The notes beneath the pieces were generated by a model. That model was not told the DNA's origin and did not search any database. It saw only the letters and a program-made list of their open reading frames with translations. Made by a program: the position numbers and the translations under genes. From IMG/VR virus record IMGVR_UViG_3300032282_004772: a stretch of DNA of 64,000 nucleotides. One strand, given 5' to 3'. Every line of letters starts with the position of its first letter. Position 1 is the first letter of the stretch. Source of the stretch: a virus. Of this stretch, positions 1 through 9,700 are shown in pieces.

Positions 1-1929
1 CTCACATTCAGGTAAATCCAAATAAGTCAATCCGGGTCTGTTTGATGTTCTCCATGCTAAATTTTCAATAGAGAACATATATTTTTGTACTCTACCGTCT
101 TTGATGTTAGTTGAACTTGTTGTAGATGTAGATTTTAATGGGGCAATATTTAAATTATATGTGTTATTTAATACCGAATAAGCAAATCTTCTGATATTTC
201 CATCTTTTTTCTGTAAATCAGAATACGCCATATAAGGTACGTCTTTACTAAACACTCTACAATATTCTTTTCCAACTACAACTCCATTACCTTCATCTAC
301 GTATGTTAGTACTTTAGAACCTTTAGTTATTTCTTTATACCCATCATTAAAAACCTTACTTAATTGGTTAATTGCGTTACCCACATGACTTAATCTTTTT
401 CCTCCACCAGGGGTTGAATCAACTATTCTTTGTGTTTGGTCTAATATAGAACTTTGTTTAAACTCATATCCTTGAGTTAATTCTTCTTCTATTTTTGTTT
501 TAACTAATTGGTTATATTTTGGGTCAGCGGAGCCTTGGTCTCCTCCTGCTGTCGCATAATACCCAGGGTTATTATATTTTGGTGATGTCCATACTAATCC
601 TCCTGAAGTACCCCCATTATCACCTGTCCCATTTCCATTTAATCCAAATTTAAATTTTAAATTTTCCCCTTCAAAATCTTTTGCTAATTTATCAGGACCA
701 TATACTGGCGATGGAGATTCTTGTCCAAAAGGATTTAAAGGTATTTCACCGGCAGGTGAATTTATTCTTGAAGCATTAAGTTGTTTACTTCCAACATAAT
801 ATGCGGCCTTTGTCGGACTGTCTTGATTTGCAAAAAGACCTTTAACTTTATCAAAAACTTCGGCAACAAGACTTTTATCATAATCAGGAGCATATCGATT
901 ATAACCTAAATTATAATATAATGCAGATTTTTGTCCCCCACCCGTATTATTTAAAAATAACTGAGATGGTGATTTTTGTGATAAAAATCTACCAAAAACT
1001 TTACCTAAGAATCCTCCTCTTGGGTCTTTTCCACCATTAAACGCTTTTGATATTTGTCCAAAAGAACTTAAATTTGCTTCATCGGTATTAAAGTAATCCC
1101 CTGGTATTACTGAACCAGGGTAATAAAATCCTCCTAATCTAGCAGCAAAATCAGCCGCCTCCAAAAGAATATTACTTGGTCTTGTAATAACCCAATCCCT
1201 TTCAATCAAAGGTCTTCTTCCTTGTAATAATGAAATTGCTTCTAATGGGTCTCCTATTGCGTTGGCTAAATTAACTCTACCTATAGTATTCCTAATTAAT
1301 TCTTGTGCAATTCTTTCTCTAAACTCTTGTTTTAGTGTTTTAGCACCTAATTGAGCAATGAATGAATCTTGAGATAACGAACCGTCACTTCCGACAGGGT
1401 CGTCTTGCATTAATATTTGGTATGGTGAATATGAACTAGGAACAAAATTAACAGGACCCGGATTTGCATAAAACGAATATAACGGAGCTAACTGTAAATT
1501 TCCAACCGATTCTATTTGTATTTCATTATAGGAATATCTATTTAATGCCGGTAAGTTTTTTTCTGCCGTAACCTGAGAAAATGGTGGCCAACTTGCCCCA
1601 TCATAACTCTGTTGTGGTAATGACGCATCCATTACCGTATACTCACCTAAATTAGATTGTATATTTGCTAATCCACCCGCATTAATATTTTTATTATATC
1701 CCCCATCAGGCCCATATGCGTTTAAAGGATATAATCGGTCAGCAAATGGGTCATCGGAAATTAAATTATCAGGTGAATTATATACTCCTTCATCTCTAAG
1801 AACAACTTCATATGTTATATTTCCTGGTGGCGGAGTATAAACACCCGGCACCGTATATGGTGACAGGTTTCTTGCTATAAGCTTTTTCCTGAAATGTTCT
1901 GTAGAAGGAAATGTTAAACTACTTGGCAT
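1..1929 (-). CDS. Large putative baseplate/tail-associated structural protein (partial, runs off window start)
   Basis: Not in ORF track. ATG at 1929-1927 (MPSSLTFPSTEHFRKKLIARNLSPY...); same frame at the window edge reads ...KYMFSIENLAWRTSNRPGLTYLDLPECE; ATAAATA motif at 1942-1948 upstream; lies directly downstream of tape measure. Frame checked at both ends, not codon by codon throughout. Confidence 0.6.
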   Translation of the reverse strand, partial: MPSSLTFPSTEHFRKKLIARNLSPYTVPGVYTPPPGNITYEVVLRDEGVYNSPDNLISDDPFADRLYPLNAYGPDGGYNKNINAGGLANIQSNLGEYTVMDASLPQQSYDGASWPPFSQVTAEKNLPALNRYSYNEIQIESVGNLQLAPLYSFYANPGPVNFVPSSYSPYQILMQDDPVGSDGSLSQDSFIAQLGAKTLKQEFRERIAQELIRNTIGRVNLANAIGDPLEAISLLQGRRPLIERDWVITRPSNILLEAADFAARLGGFYYPGSVIPGDYFNTDEANLSSFGQISKAFNGGKDPRGGFLGKVFGRFLSQKSPSQLFLNNTGGGQKSALYYNLGYNRYAPDYDKSLVAEVFDKVKGLFANQDSPTKAAYYVGSKQLNASRINSPAGEIPLNPFGQESPSPVYGPDKLAKDFEGENLKFKFGLNGNGTGDNGGTSGGLVWTSPKYNNPGYYATAGGDQGSADPKYNQLVKTKIEEELTQGYEFKQSSILDQTQRIVDSTPGGGKRLSHVGNAINQLSKVFNDGYKEITKGSKVLTYVDEGNGVVVGKEYCRVFSKDVPYMAYSDLQKKDGNIRRFAYSVLNNTYNLNIAPLKSTSTTSSTNIKDGRVQKYMFSIENLAWRTSNRPGLTYLDLPECE

Positions 1930-1964
1930 ATCTTATTTCTAATAAATAGATATTTTTTTATTTT

Positions 1965-4190
1965 TTATCTAAAGATTATTGGATTTTTAGGTGTTAACGG
2001 AGAACCAACAATGTTTTGCATTTGACTTGTTTGTGTTTCAACTATGTTTGTTATTTTACTTCCAATATCAGAACTACTTAACGCCCTCATCAAACTTTCT
2101 TTAAATTCTGTAGGTGTTACATTAATGTCAATCGACCCTTGGACATTTACAACATTTGATTGTGGTGTAGTAGTTGTTTGAGTGTTAGCCTGATTTTGTA
2201 CAAAATTAGGTATATTTTGAATATTAGTATTTTGAGGTTGTGGTGATGGTATAACAGTAGGAGTATTATTAACCATATTTGGTACAGATGCGGTCACTAT
2301 ATTTGGATTCGCAGGAGTGACAAAATTTGGTACTGTAGCATTAACTATATTTGGTACTGTTGCGTTAACAAAATTTGGTACTGTTGCATTAACCACATTT
2401 GGCGTTGATACCTGAACTACATTTGGTACGTTATTAACATTTGGTGTGTTATTAACATTTGGTGTATTATTACCTTGGCCTGATACTAATTTATCTATTT
2501 TTAATCCAAAACTACCAATTGCGCTATTAAGTTTTTCAATTACTTTATTAACTTCATCAATATCAAAAGGAGAGCCTATTGCTTCAGCTCTTTGTCCTAC
2601 TCTTTCAGGAATATTTTGTACATTAGTAATTAAAGTATCTTTTATTGTGGTTGCGATTTCGGTTAATTTTGTCAAAGCTTTTACATCTTCCCCTTTCATT
2701 AAGTATCCAACCATTTCTGACATTTGTGAACTAACTTTTGTAAAAGTATCATTCAAGGTCTTTGGGGTTAAAAATCCTTCTTTATCCCCTTGGTCTAGTT
2801 TTCTATCGACACCCATTGTTGCCGCCAAAGCTTCGACCGCAACACTCATGGTCTTTGCCGCCTTTTCTATCGCACTTGGTCCTCCCCCTTCACCAGGTGC
2901 CATAGCCGCTCTTGCCGCAGCTCTTGGTACTACACCTTGTAAAGCCTTCATATCGTCTTGGATATTTTTAAGATATCCATTTGCCTGTCTTTGTAAATCA
3001 ACTGCGCTGGCAGCGGGTTTATTCGCCTCCTTTAATTGATTCATATTTTCTTTACGGAGTTCAGAAACTTCTTTTGTCACAGTAACCATTTGACCTGTTT
3101 GTCGGTCTAATTCATCATAAGTAACAACGTATTTACCTTCAAACTTAGTACCTTTTTCTCCCAACTGAGCCATTCCAGCAATCATCTTTCTGTCTTCATC
3201 ATTCGCAAAATCAGAAGGGAATGAAATTTCTTTCATTTTTCTATCAAAATCCGCCGCAGATGTTCCCCATTTAGTTAAAGTTTCAAGAGGAATGTTTAAC
3301 TCCTTGGCCAATTCTCTTATTCGACCCTGTTCACCTGGCAATATTCTCATACTTTGAGTTTTTTCATCAAAGTATGTCATCGTTTTTAATGCCTCTCCAA
3401 CAGATTCTTGCAATTTTTCTGGGTCGTTACGAGCCATATCCATCAATTTATATGGGTCTAATAACGAATTAACTTGTACTCCTAACCTTTGGAAAGATGC
3501 CGACATCTCCATTGCCTTTGCCGGGTCAAATAAAGTATCCGCCAATCCAAGAGTAGTCTTCATGTCAATTCTAAGTAAAGCCGCGTTGGCTGCCATCTTA
3601 GCCATTCCTTGTACTCCACCTTCAAAATTGTAGTTGTTTAGTTTGGACATACTTTCCCCTATTTGGGAATAAACCGCACTTGTAGTAACACCTAAAGCTC
3701 TTGCTTGATTAATAATATCGGTCATTTCATGTCCGATATTGTATATACCATATCCAGCATCAGTGAAATTTTTAGTCATAGTTGCAGTTGCAGTTCCAAT
3801 ATCTGTAACTCCATCACTAACTAAACTAGCCGAAGCATATAAATCTTTATAAGATTCCGAATTTAAAATTGTTTGTGTTTTTAAAGATGAGATAATACCC
3901 ATCTGAATTTTACCAACATCTTGTATTGTACCACCCAAAGCAACCACTGAAGGTGTTGCCTCAGTTATGGTTGTTCTAATTGCGTTTGCAAATCCTTGGG
4001 TTCCTCCAAATGCCCTTGCGACAGCATTTACTTGAGTCTCCAAGTCTTTTAATGCACTCTCAAAATTTTTAACTGTCAACGCATTGGTTTCTCCAATCGC
4101 TTTAAATTCTGCATTTAAATCACTTAAGCTAGGAGCTGGGGACCTAGGTACATTAGACTCTCCACTAGATGGATTTGGGTTTTGTAACAT
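1965..4190 (-). CDS. Putative tape measure protein with low-complexity N/V/P/T C-terminal region
   Basis: Ala/Met/Gln-rich helical sequence; canonical position after sheath-tube-chaperone. Confidence 0.65.
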   Translation of the reverse strand: MLQNPNPSSGESNVPRSPAPSLSDLNAEFKAIGETNALTVKNFESALKDLETQVNAVARAFGGTQGFANAIRTTITEATPSVVALGGTIQDVGKIQMGIISSLKTQTILNSESYKDLYASASLVSDGVTDIGTATATMTKNFTDAGYGIYNIGHEMTDIINQARALGVTTSAVYSQIGESMSKLNNYNFEGGVQGMAKMAANAALLRIDMKTTLGLADTLFDPAKAMEMSASFQRLGVQVNSLLDPYKLMDMARNDPEKLQESVGEALKTMTYFDEKTQSMRILPGEQGRIRELAKELNIPLETLTKWGTSAADFDRKMKEISFPSDFANDEDRKMIAGMAQLGEKGTKFEGKYVVTYDELDRQTGQMVTVTKEVSELRKENMNQLKEANKPAASAVDLQRQANGYLKNIQDDMKALQGVVPRAAARAAMAPGEGGGPSAIEKAAKTMSVAVEALAATMGVDRKLDQGDKEGFLTPKTLNDTFTKVSSQMSEMVGYLMKGEDVKALTKLTEIATTIKDTLITNVQNIPERVGQRAEAIGSPFDIDEVNKVIEKLNSAIGSFGLKIDKLVSGQGNNTPNVNNTPNVNNVPNVVQVSTPNVVNATVPNFVNATVPNIVNATVPNFVTPANPNIVTASVPNMVNNTPTVIPSPQPQNTNIQNIPNFVQNQANTQTTTTPQSNVVNVQGSIDINVTPTEFKESLMRALSSSDIGSKITNIVETQTSQMQNIVGSPLTPKNPIIFR
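2270..2472 (-). repeat. Tandem coding repeats (NNTPNV-type 18 bp; VNATVPNF/I-type 24 bp)
   Basis: Visible in translation NNTPNVNNTPNVNNVPNV...VNATVPNFVNATVPNIVNATVPNF and in DNA. Confidence 0.85.
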
Positions 4191-4223
4191 TTTTTTTAAA
4201 ACATTTAATTATAAATAGTTATT

Positions 4224-4385
4224 CTAACCATTTTTTGGAGATAGTTCTTTAACTAATTGGTCTATAATATACTTTCTAAGATAAACCGGCATAATAAAAA
4301 AGTCCGTATAAGACACGTTTAGGTGTCTTGTACAGACATAATATTCCATAGATTGTGTTTCTCGATAATCAGAAGAAAGGCCGAA
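4224..4385 (-). CDS. Short ORF in the +1 frame of the chaperone gene (GT-like C-terminal extension; own ATG at 4349 would give 41 aa)
   Basis: Manual translation FGLSSDYRETQSMEYYVCTRHLNVSYTDFFIMPVYLRKYIIDQLVKELSPKNG*; fills the gap between chaperone and tape measure. Confidence 0.7.
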   Translation of the reverse strand, partial: FGLSSDYRETQSMEYYVCTRHLNVSYTDFFIMPVYLRKYIIDQLVKELSPKNG

Positions 4386-5127
4386 AAAACTCTACCCCAA
4401 AGACTATATCAACATATGTCTCTTTTCCTGATGGGGTGATTACTTTTTTTCTCAAATTGAGTCTTGGTTCATTTTCTTCAATAAATGTTCTAATATATTT
4501 TGCATCAGAGATTGGTAGTGCATCAATGTTCTGAGCGATAAATCCTCTATCTGCATTACCCTCAATTTCAACAACCATTTTGTTCAACTTCCATGTTTGT
4601 TTTGGAGCAATTCTACCTTGTGGATATCCTTCAGCCATTTTATCCAATTCATTTAATTCACCAAATGATAAAGGTTTGATTTTAACTGTTAATCCTGATT
4701 TTGGAAGTTTTGCCGTAAAAGTACCGTCTTCACTTGGTTTTTCTTTTGTTTCTTTAAAGAATAGTTCATCTAAAACTATAGTTGTTTGTATTTGTTTTGA
4801 CGGATTGTCTGGGTCTACAATATTAACAGTATATTCAGGACCAAAAGCGGTATTTCTCAAAAATATTAGAATTGATTCAATATCCCCCTGTAATAATTCG
4901 TCAGGTTTAATATCGGGTTCATAAATTTTATTTCTTAGTAATGTCATTACTAATCCGTCTTTACCAATATTTTCTCCCGCCATTAATATATTTTCATCAG
5001 CGGCAGTAAGATATCCAACTTTAATAGATTTCTTTTTTGATTTATAAAAAACCCCACCTGTTGGTAGTTTTACCACATCATGTGGTAATGTGAAATTTTG
5101 TTGACCGTATTGTTGTGATGTATCCAT
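4369..5127 (-). CDS. Tail assembly chaperone / T4 gp26-like baseplate hub assembly protein
   Basis: LPTGG..Y, LTAADENIL, GD..ILIFLR..AFG and C-terminal FF motifs; position between tube and tape measure. Confidence 0.7.
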   Translation of the reverse strand: MDTSQQYGQQNFTLPHDVVKLPTGGVFYKSKKKSIKVGYLTAADENILMAGENIGKDGLVMTLLRNKIYEPDIKPDELLQGDIESILIFLRNTAFGPEYTVNIVDPDNPSKQIQTTIVLDELFFKETKEKPSEDGTFTAKLPKSGLTVKIKPLSFGELNELDKMAEGYPQGRIAPKQTWKLNKMVVEIEGNADRGFIAQNIDALPISDAKYIRTFIEENEPRLNLRKKVITPSGKETYVDIVFGVEFFRPFF

Positions 5128-5133
5128 TTTTTT

Positions 5134-5177
5134 AAAAAAAATTAACCGTAGAGAGTTTATAGTGTCCCTACGGTTAA
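5134..5177 (-). terminator. Intrinsic terminator/attenuator after tail tube gene
   Basis: 13-bp stem (one G:U) UUAACCGUAGGGA/UCUCUACGGUUAA, 10-nt loop, followed by U8 on the minus strand. Confidence 0.75.
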
Positions 5178-5222
5178 ATATAAAATAAACTTAATATTTT
5201 TAAATGATATTTTTGAAATAAA

Positions 5223-5711
5223 TTAGTATACTAATATACATCTATCCATTCTTAAAGATGCACTAATCATAACTAACCCTTCTTGTGAATATCCTAAATC
5301 CCCAAAACTTACGTCAGTTAAGAAAGTACCTTGTAATATCCATTTTTCAACAACAACTCCAGTTGGGTCTAACATTTCCAAATCAACGTCTTTCTTATAT
5401 CCCGCAGCGTAACCCATACGTCCTGTTACTGATTCAGCGTGTAAACGAACCCATTCCATAAGAGCTTGTGCTGCTGAAGGTCCAATTGGGTCACGGAACT
5501 TAACGTTAATTGGGTCCCAATTAAATCTACCTGCAACATATGTTGAAGTATTTAAAAATTGTATTTCGGTAGCCCCGATTTTAATATGTGGTCTAGATGT
5601 TGATTCTACAAACCATTCGTTTATACCCAAAGTTGAAGGAAATCTAAGAATAAATCGATTCTGTCGTTTCGGTTCATAGGGTAAGGGCATTTTCATCAAT
5701 AAATCAGCCAT
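5223..5711 (-). CDS. Tail tube protein (gp19-like)
   Basis: 162 aa; EPKRQNRF, W..I.V.F.D, YKKD..L.MLDP.G.VVE.W.L.G.F pattern typical of contractile tail tubes; downstream of sheath. Confidence 0.85.
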   Translation of the reverse strand: MADLLMKMPLPYEPKRQNRFILRFPSTLGINEWFVESTSRPHIKIGATEIQFLNTSTYVAGRFNWDPINVKFRDPIGPSAAQALMEWVRLHAESVTGRMGYAAGYKKDVDLEMLDPTGVVVEKWILQGTFLTDVSFGDLGYSQEGLVMISASLRMDRCILVY

Positions 5712-5847
5712 GGTATCTTATTTTTTTAATTTCTTTTTTTGTTTATTACTTATAAATAGTATCAAGTTCAAAATTTTTCTATTTACTTTATTTTTTATTT
5801 AGATAAATTAGTACTAGAACTAGTTTTATAACTAGTTATTAAATATT

Positions 5848-6711
5848 TTATTTTATTCTTATTTTTTTACCTCCATGAGTAGAATAAATATTAACTGGAA
5901 TTTCGTTATTATCTTCTTCTCCTCCAATATGTTTTTTCATAACTTCTACATTTTTGGGGTCATCATCTGAAAATCCAATAGTTGGTTTAGGTAATTTAAA
6001 ATCTAATGGTGATTTTCCCGTCATTTTAACGATGAATTCCGCACCTTTTTTTCCGATTTCTTGTGCCAATTCTAAAATATAACTTCTATATTCTTTCATA
6101 CTTTTAACCTTAGCATCTTCAGGATTTTTTGCCCCCTCTTCATTCATATATGAAACAGGATAAAATTTACACAAATCTAAGTATCCCTTTATTAAAGTTA
6201 TTTTGTTGGTTCTTTCATTGTCCATTTCACCAACAAATTTTCTATATTTAATTAAATTTTTAACTAACTCATCACTAGAAAGTCCATTCCACCCTGAAAT
6301 AATGTAATTATAAACTGCTTCTTTCATAACATTAGGGTTATGACCTCTTGCGGTTATTATTGCAAAAACAGAACCACCATTAATACATTCCATAAAATCT
6401 TCCCAAGCAGGACCTGGTTTTGCCATCATACAATCTATAATAAATTGTTTGTCTCCTTTTACTGAGAAGTTTTTAAATGGGTCTTCTCCAAATCCTACAA
6501 CAGTATTACCATTATATTCAAAATTTTTTTTACCAATCATACTTCTGTAGTTGGCAAAATCGTCCGTTGACATTAATATTTCTCCACCATTATCATCCTT
6601 TAAGATGATTTTAGTTGGCATTTGAACAATATTGTCATCCCAATCAAACGCATAGTACTTCATATCTGGAGTACCATACTCTGTCATTCCTTCTATTATT
6701 TGTTTTTTCAT
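5848..6711 (-). CDS. HAD-superfamily hydrolase-like protein
   Basis: Motif I FDWDDN, motif II IITARG, conserved K, motif IV GFSDDD. Confidence 0.7.
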   Translation of the reverse strand: MKKQIIEGMTEYGTPDMKYYAFDWDDNIVQMPTKIILKDDNGGEILMSTDDFANYRSMIGKKNFEYNGNTVVGFGEDPFKNFSVKGDKQFIIDCMMAKPGPAWEDFMECINGGSVFAIITARGHNPNVMKEAVYNYIISGWNGLSSDELVKNLIKYRKFVGEMDNERTNKITLIKGYLDLCKFYPVSYMNEEGAKNPEDAKVKSMKEYRSYILELAQEIGKKGAEFIVKMTGKSPLDFKLPKPTIGFSDDDPKNVEVMKKHIGGEEDNNEIPVNIYSTHGGKKIRIK

Positions 6712-6727
6712 ATATTATAAAGGCTAA

Positions 6728-6750
6728 AGGGGGTGAAACTCCCACCCCCT
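6728..6750 (-). terminator. GC-rich hairpin after sheath stop codon
   Basis: AGGGGGTG-N7-CACCCCCT; U-tract weak, so it may be a stabilising or processing hairpin. Confidence 0.55.
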
Positions 6751-6756
6751 ATGTTA

Positions 6757-9700
6757 TTAAATGTTGTCAAATGACGCACCTGTTGGTGTGATTAAGAATT
6801 CTATATCAATAAACTCTAACGATTTTGTAGGTTTGATATAAATTTTACCAACAAGTTGGTTTCTATCCAAATCTTCAGGTGATGAAGAAACTGTTACACG
6901 GAAATCGTATAAACCTCTGTCTCTTCTGATAGCATCTAAGATTGGGTTAACTGCGTCTAAGAAATCTTGTCTTACCTTAGAATCGTTTTGTTCGAACAAC
7001 AATCTAACTGCGACTGCCGAAATCAACTTACGAGCTTGTAATAACAATCTTCTAACATTAATTCTGTCAAGTGCAGATTCTCTAATTTGTAGAGTTTTAT
7101 TACCCCAAATTACTGTACCAACATCTGAGAATGTTGCGATTGGGTTAATTCTACCAACATATAGAGTATCTCTATCTTCTTGTGTCAGCTTACGTCTTGC
7201 TTTAATTGAGTTAACAAGACCTCTTGTGTAACCCGCTGATGCGAACCAAGGGAACGCGATATTGTCAGTTAACGCCAAGTTTCTTGTTACCTCTGCAGTT
7301 GCCGGTATGTAAAGTTGTGTATTATTAACCGTATCTCTTGTTAATACCCAAGGATAATAAGTACAAGTATAGTTAGAGTCAATTCCTGTTTGTTCAAGAT
7401 TATCAACTGCTTCAGTAGGATAAATTAAATCTGTTGAATTAGTTGTTGAAGGAACAAACATATTGAAGTCAGGTGTAGTTGTGATATACAACGAGTCTGC
7501 TCTATCATACTCAATCATATTGATTGCTTGTTCAACAAGATTTCCTTGGTTAACATAATCAATACCTGGGGTAACGAATACGTTGATATTAACCGCTTCA
7601 GGATTTTGGAATGTTTTCTGACCAAGTAAATATGCGTAGTAATCAGTATTTCCCCAATCTTGGGTGTTATCACCTACAGTAATTCTTCTGAACATTCCCG
7701 CTCCAGTTGCGTTAGGATATCTATCTGAATAACAAGCTCCCGCTAAGTATCCTGAAGAACCAACTTGGTATCTATCTGAATATGTACGATATTCTCTGTA
7801 TACATCCCATCCATCAAATCCACCTTGTACTAACAATGTGAACTTACGTGCGTATAATCTGTAATAAGGGTTAGTCTCTAATGAAGGGTCACTTCTAAAT
7901 TCCGCATCACCAACAGCAAACGATGTTTTTCCTGAAGTAACATAACCTCCAGTGATTGTAACAACAGTTGCTCCTGAGTCCATATGGAATCCTTTAGTAA
8001 TGTATGGCCAATCTTGTAATACTAAATCACAAGTATTGTTTAGATTTTGTTTACCAACATATTGGAAGAAATCTAAATCATATCCAACACTACTTGAAAT
8101 ACCTAAGTATGTTCTTCTTACGTTATCTCCTGCACTAATTGCCGGATTGTCAGTTCCATTAATATATCCAAATGGAGGGTTAAAAATAACCTCACCTGGA
8201 TAGTCATACTTAGTTTTATAGATTGGGAATGGTGACTTAACTCCATCATACATTCTAAAGTTATATCCTTCAAATCCACAAGGTAACGCGTCTATCGGAG
8301 CGTCCTCATTCATTTCAACCATAACATATTTAGAATTCAATGCGTATTCTCCGTCTTGAGAACCTATTTTCTTCGCAATGAAGTTATTTTGACCTGGGTC
8401 CATAGAACAATTTGTAAATTTCTCAAGAACGACAGGTGCTGCATCTGTATCATAAAAATCACGAATCAATACATCAAATGTCTGATTACCGAATGACATA
8501 TTAGCCATTGAAATTTTTATTTGGTCGTTAGCGCTATTTCCATCCGCGATTGAGATGAACTTAAATAATCTGTAAACTTTAGTACCTCTAAGTTCAGACA
8601 CTAACCAAGGAGACGCCGGTGCTTGATATTGTTCAAGATAACATGCAATATTTGAAGGGTCATTACTTCTTGCCGCAGGTAATTGAATTAAATTAGGTCT
8701 TAATCCCTTGATAAATCCTTTCTTATAAGCCCAATCTAACATACTTTGGAATACTTCTTCAACATAAATTGGAACTTCCGTTCTTGGTTTTGCGAAATTA
8801 GTACCACCGAATACTTTTGGTAGATATGTCGCATCAGATAAACTTAACGATGTTTTAAACACACAAGTGTTACAAACACTTCCATTGTTTACATTTATTG
8901 CAAACTTAGCATATGGGTTTTTAGTTACCGCAGAATAAGTTCCTGTAAAATCAAGAGTTACACCGCTAAGGTCAGGAATTTCATAAGTAGGACCATCATG
9001 TGTTGAATCATATGTTGATAAACCTCTAGACCTTAAAGTTGCCACAACAAGATTATTATAATTTGAATAGGTAGTACCTGTATAATAATATAATACACCT
9101 ACAACAGAACCACTATAACACTGAGGTGTTGTAGTTGTGGTAGTTGATGTAGGAATAGTTGTAGTTGTAGTTGAACATGGGTCAGGTGTAGGAGTTGGTG
9201 TTGGTGTAGGACCTGGTGTTGGTGTAGGTGTTATTGGTGTTATATTTGTAAGACCTGAAACTGTAGTAAAGAATGAAAAACCTGAATAACTTTCACCACT
9301 GTAGTTATTAAATAATGCATAATACCAAGCATCATTATAAGGTGAAGTATAATCTGTTAAATCAGACGATACTGATGGTACGTTAAACACATTTGTAGAT
9401 GCTGTTAATCCTGTCATCATATCATAATCAACAGTAGGTATTGTACCAAAATAATTAATTGAGTATGGTTCTAACGCATTATCAGCGAATATGTCTAATA
9501 ATTGTAGATTAATGTCATCTCTTAAAGTTGATATTCCACCATTAAATTGTGTATAAGGTACATCTATTAATGCCGCAATCTCAGGAGGTAATGAAGTTGT
9601 GAACTCTATAGTACCCGCTTGATTAGTACAACCTGTAAAATCGAATGTGAATGCACTTGTGATTGCAGTACAACTAATATCACATGTGTTGTCAATATAA

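Noticed and set aside
4315-4390. Classical -1 frameshift at G TTT TTT
   Set aside because: The -1 frame stops after about 21 codons with no recognisable motif; the +1/-2 frame carries the plausible extension
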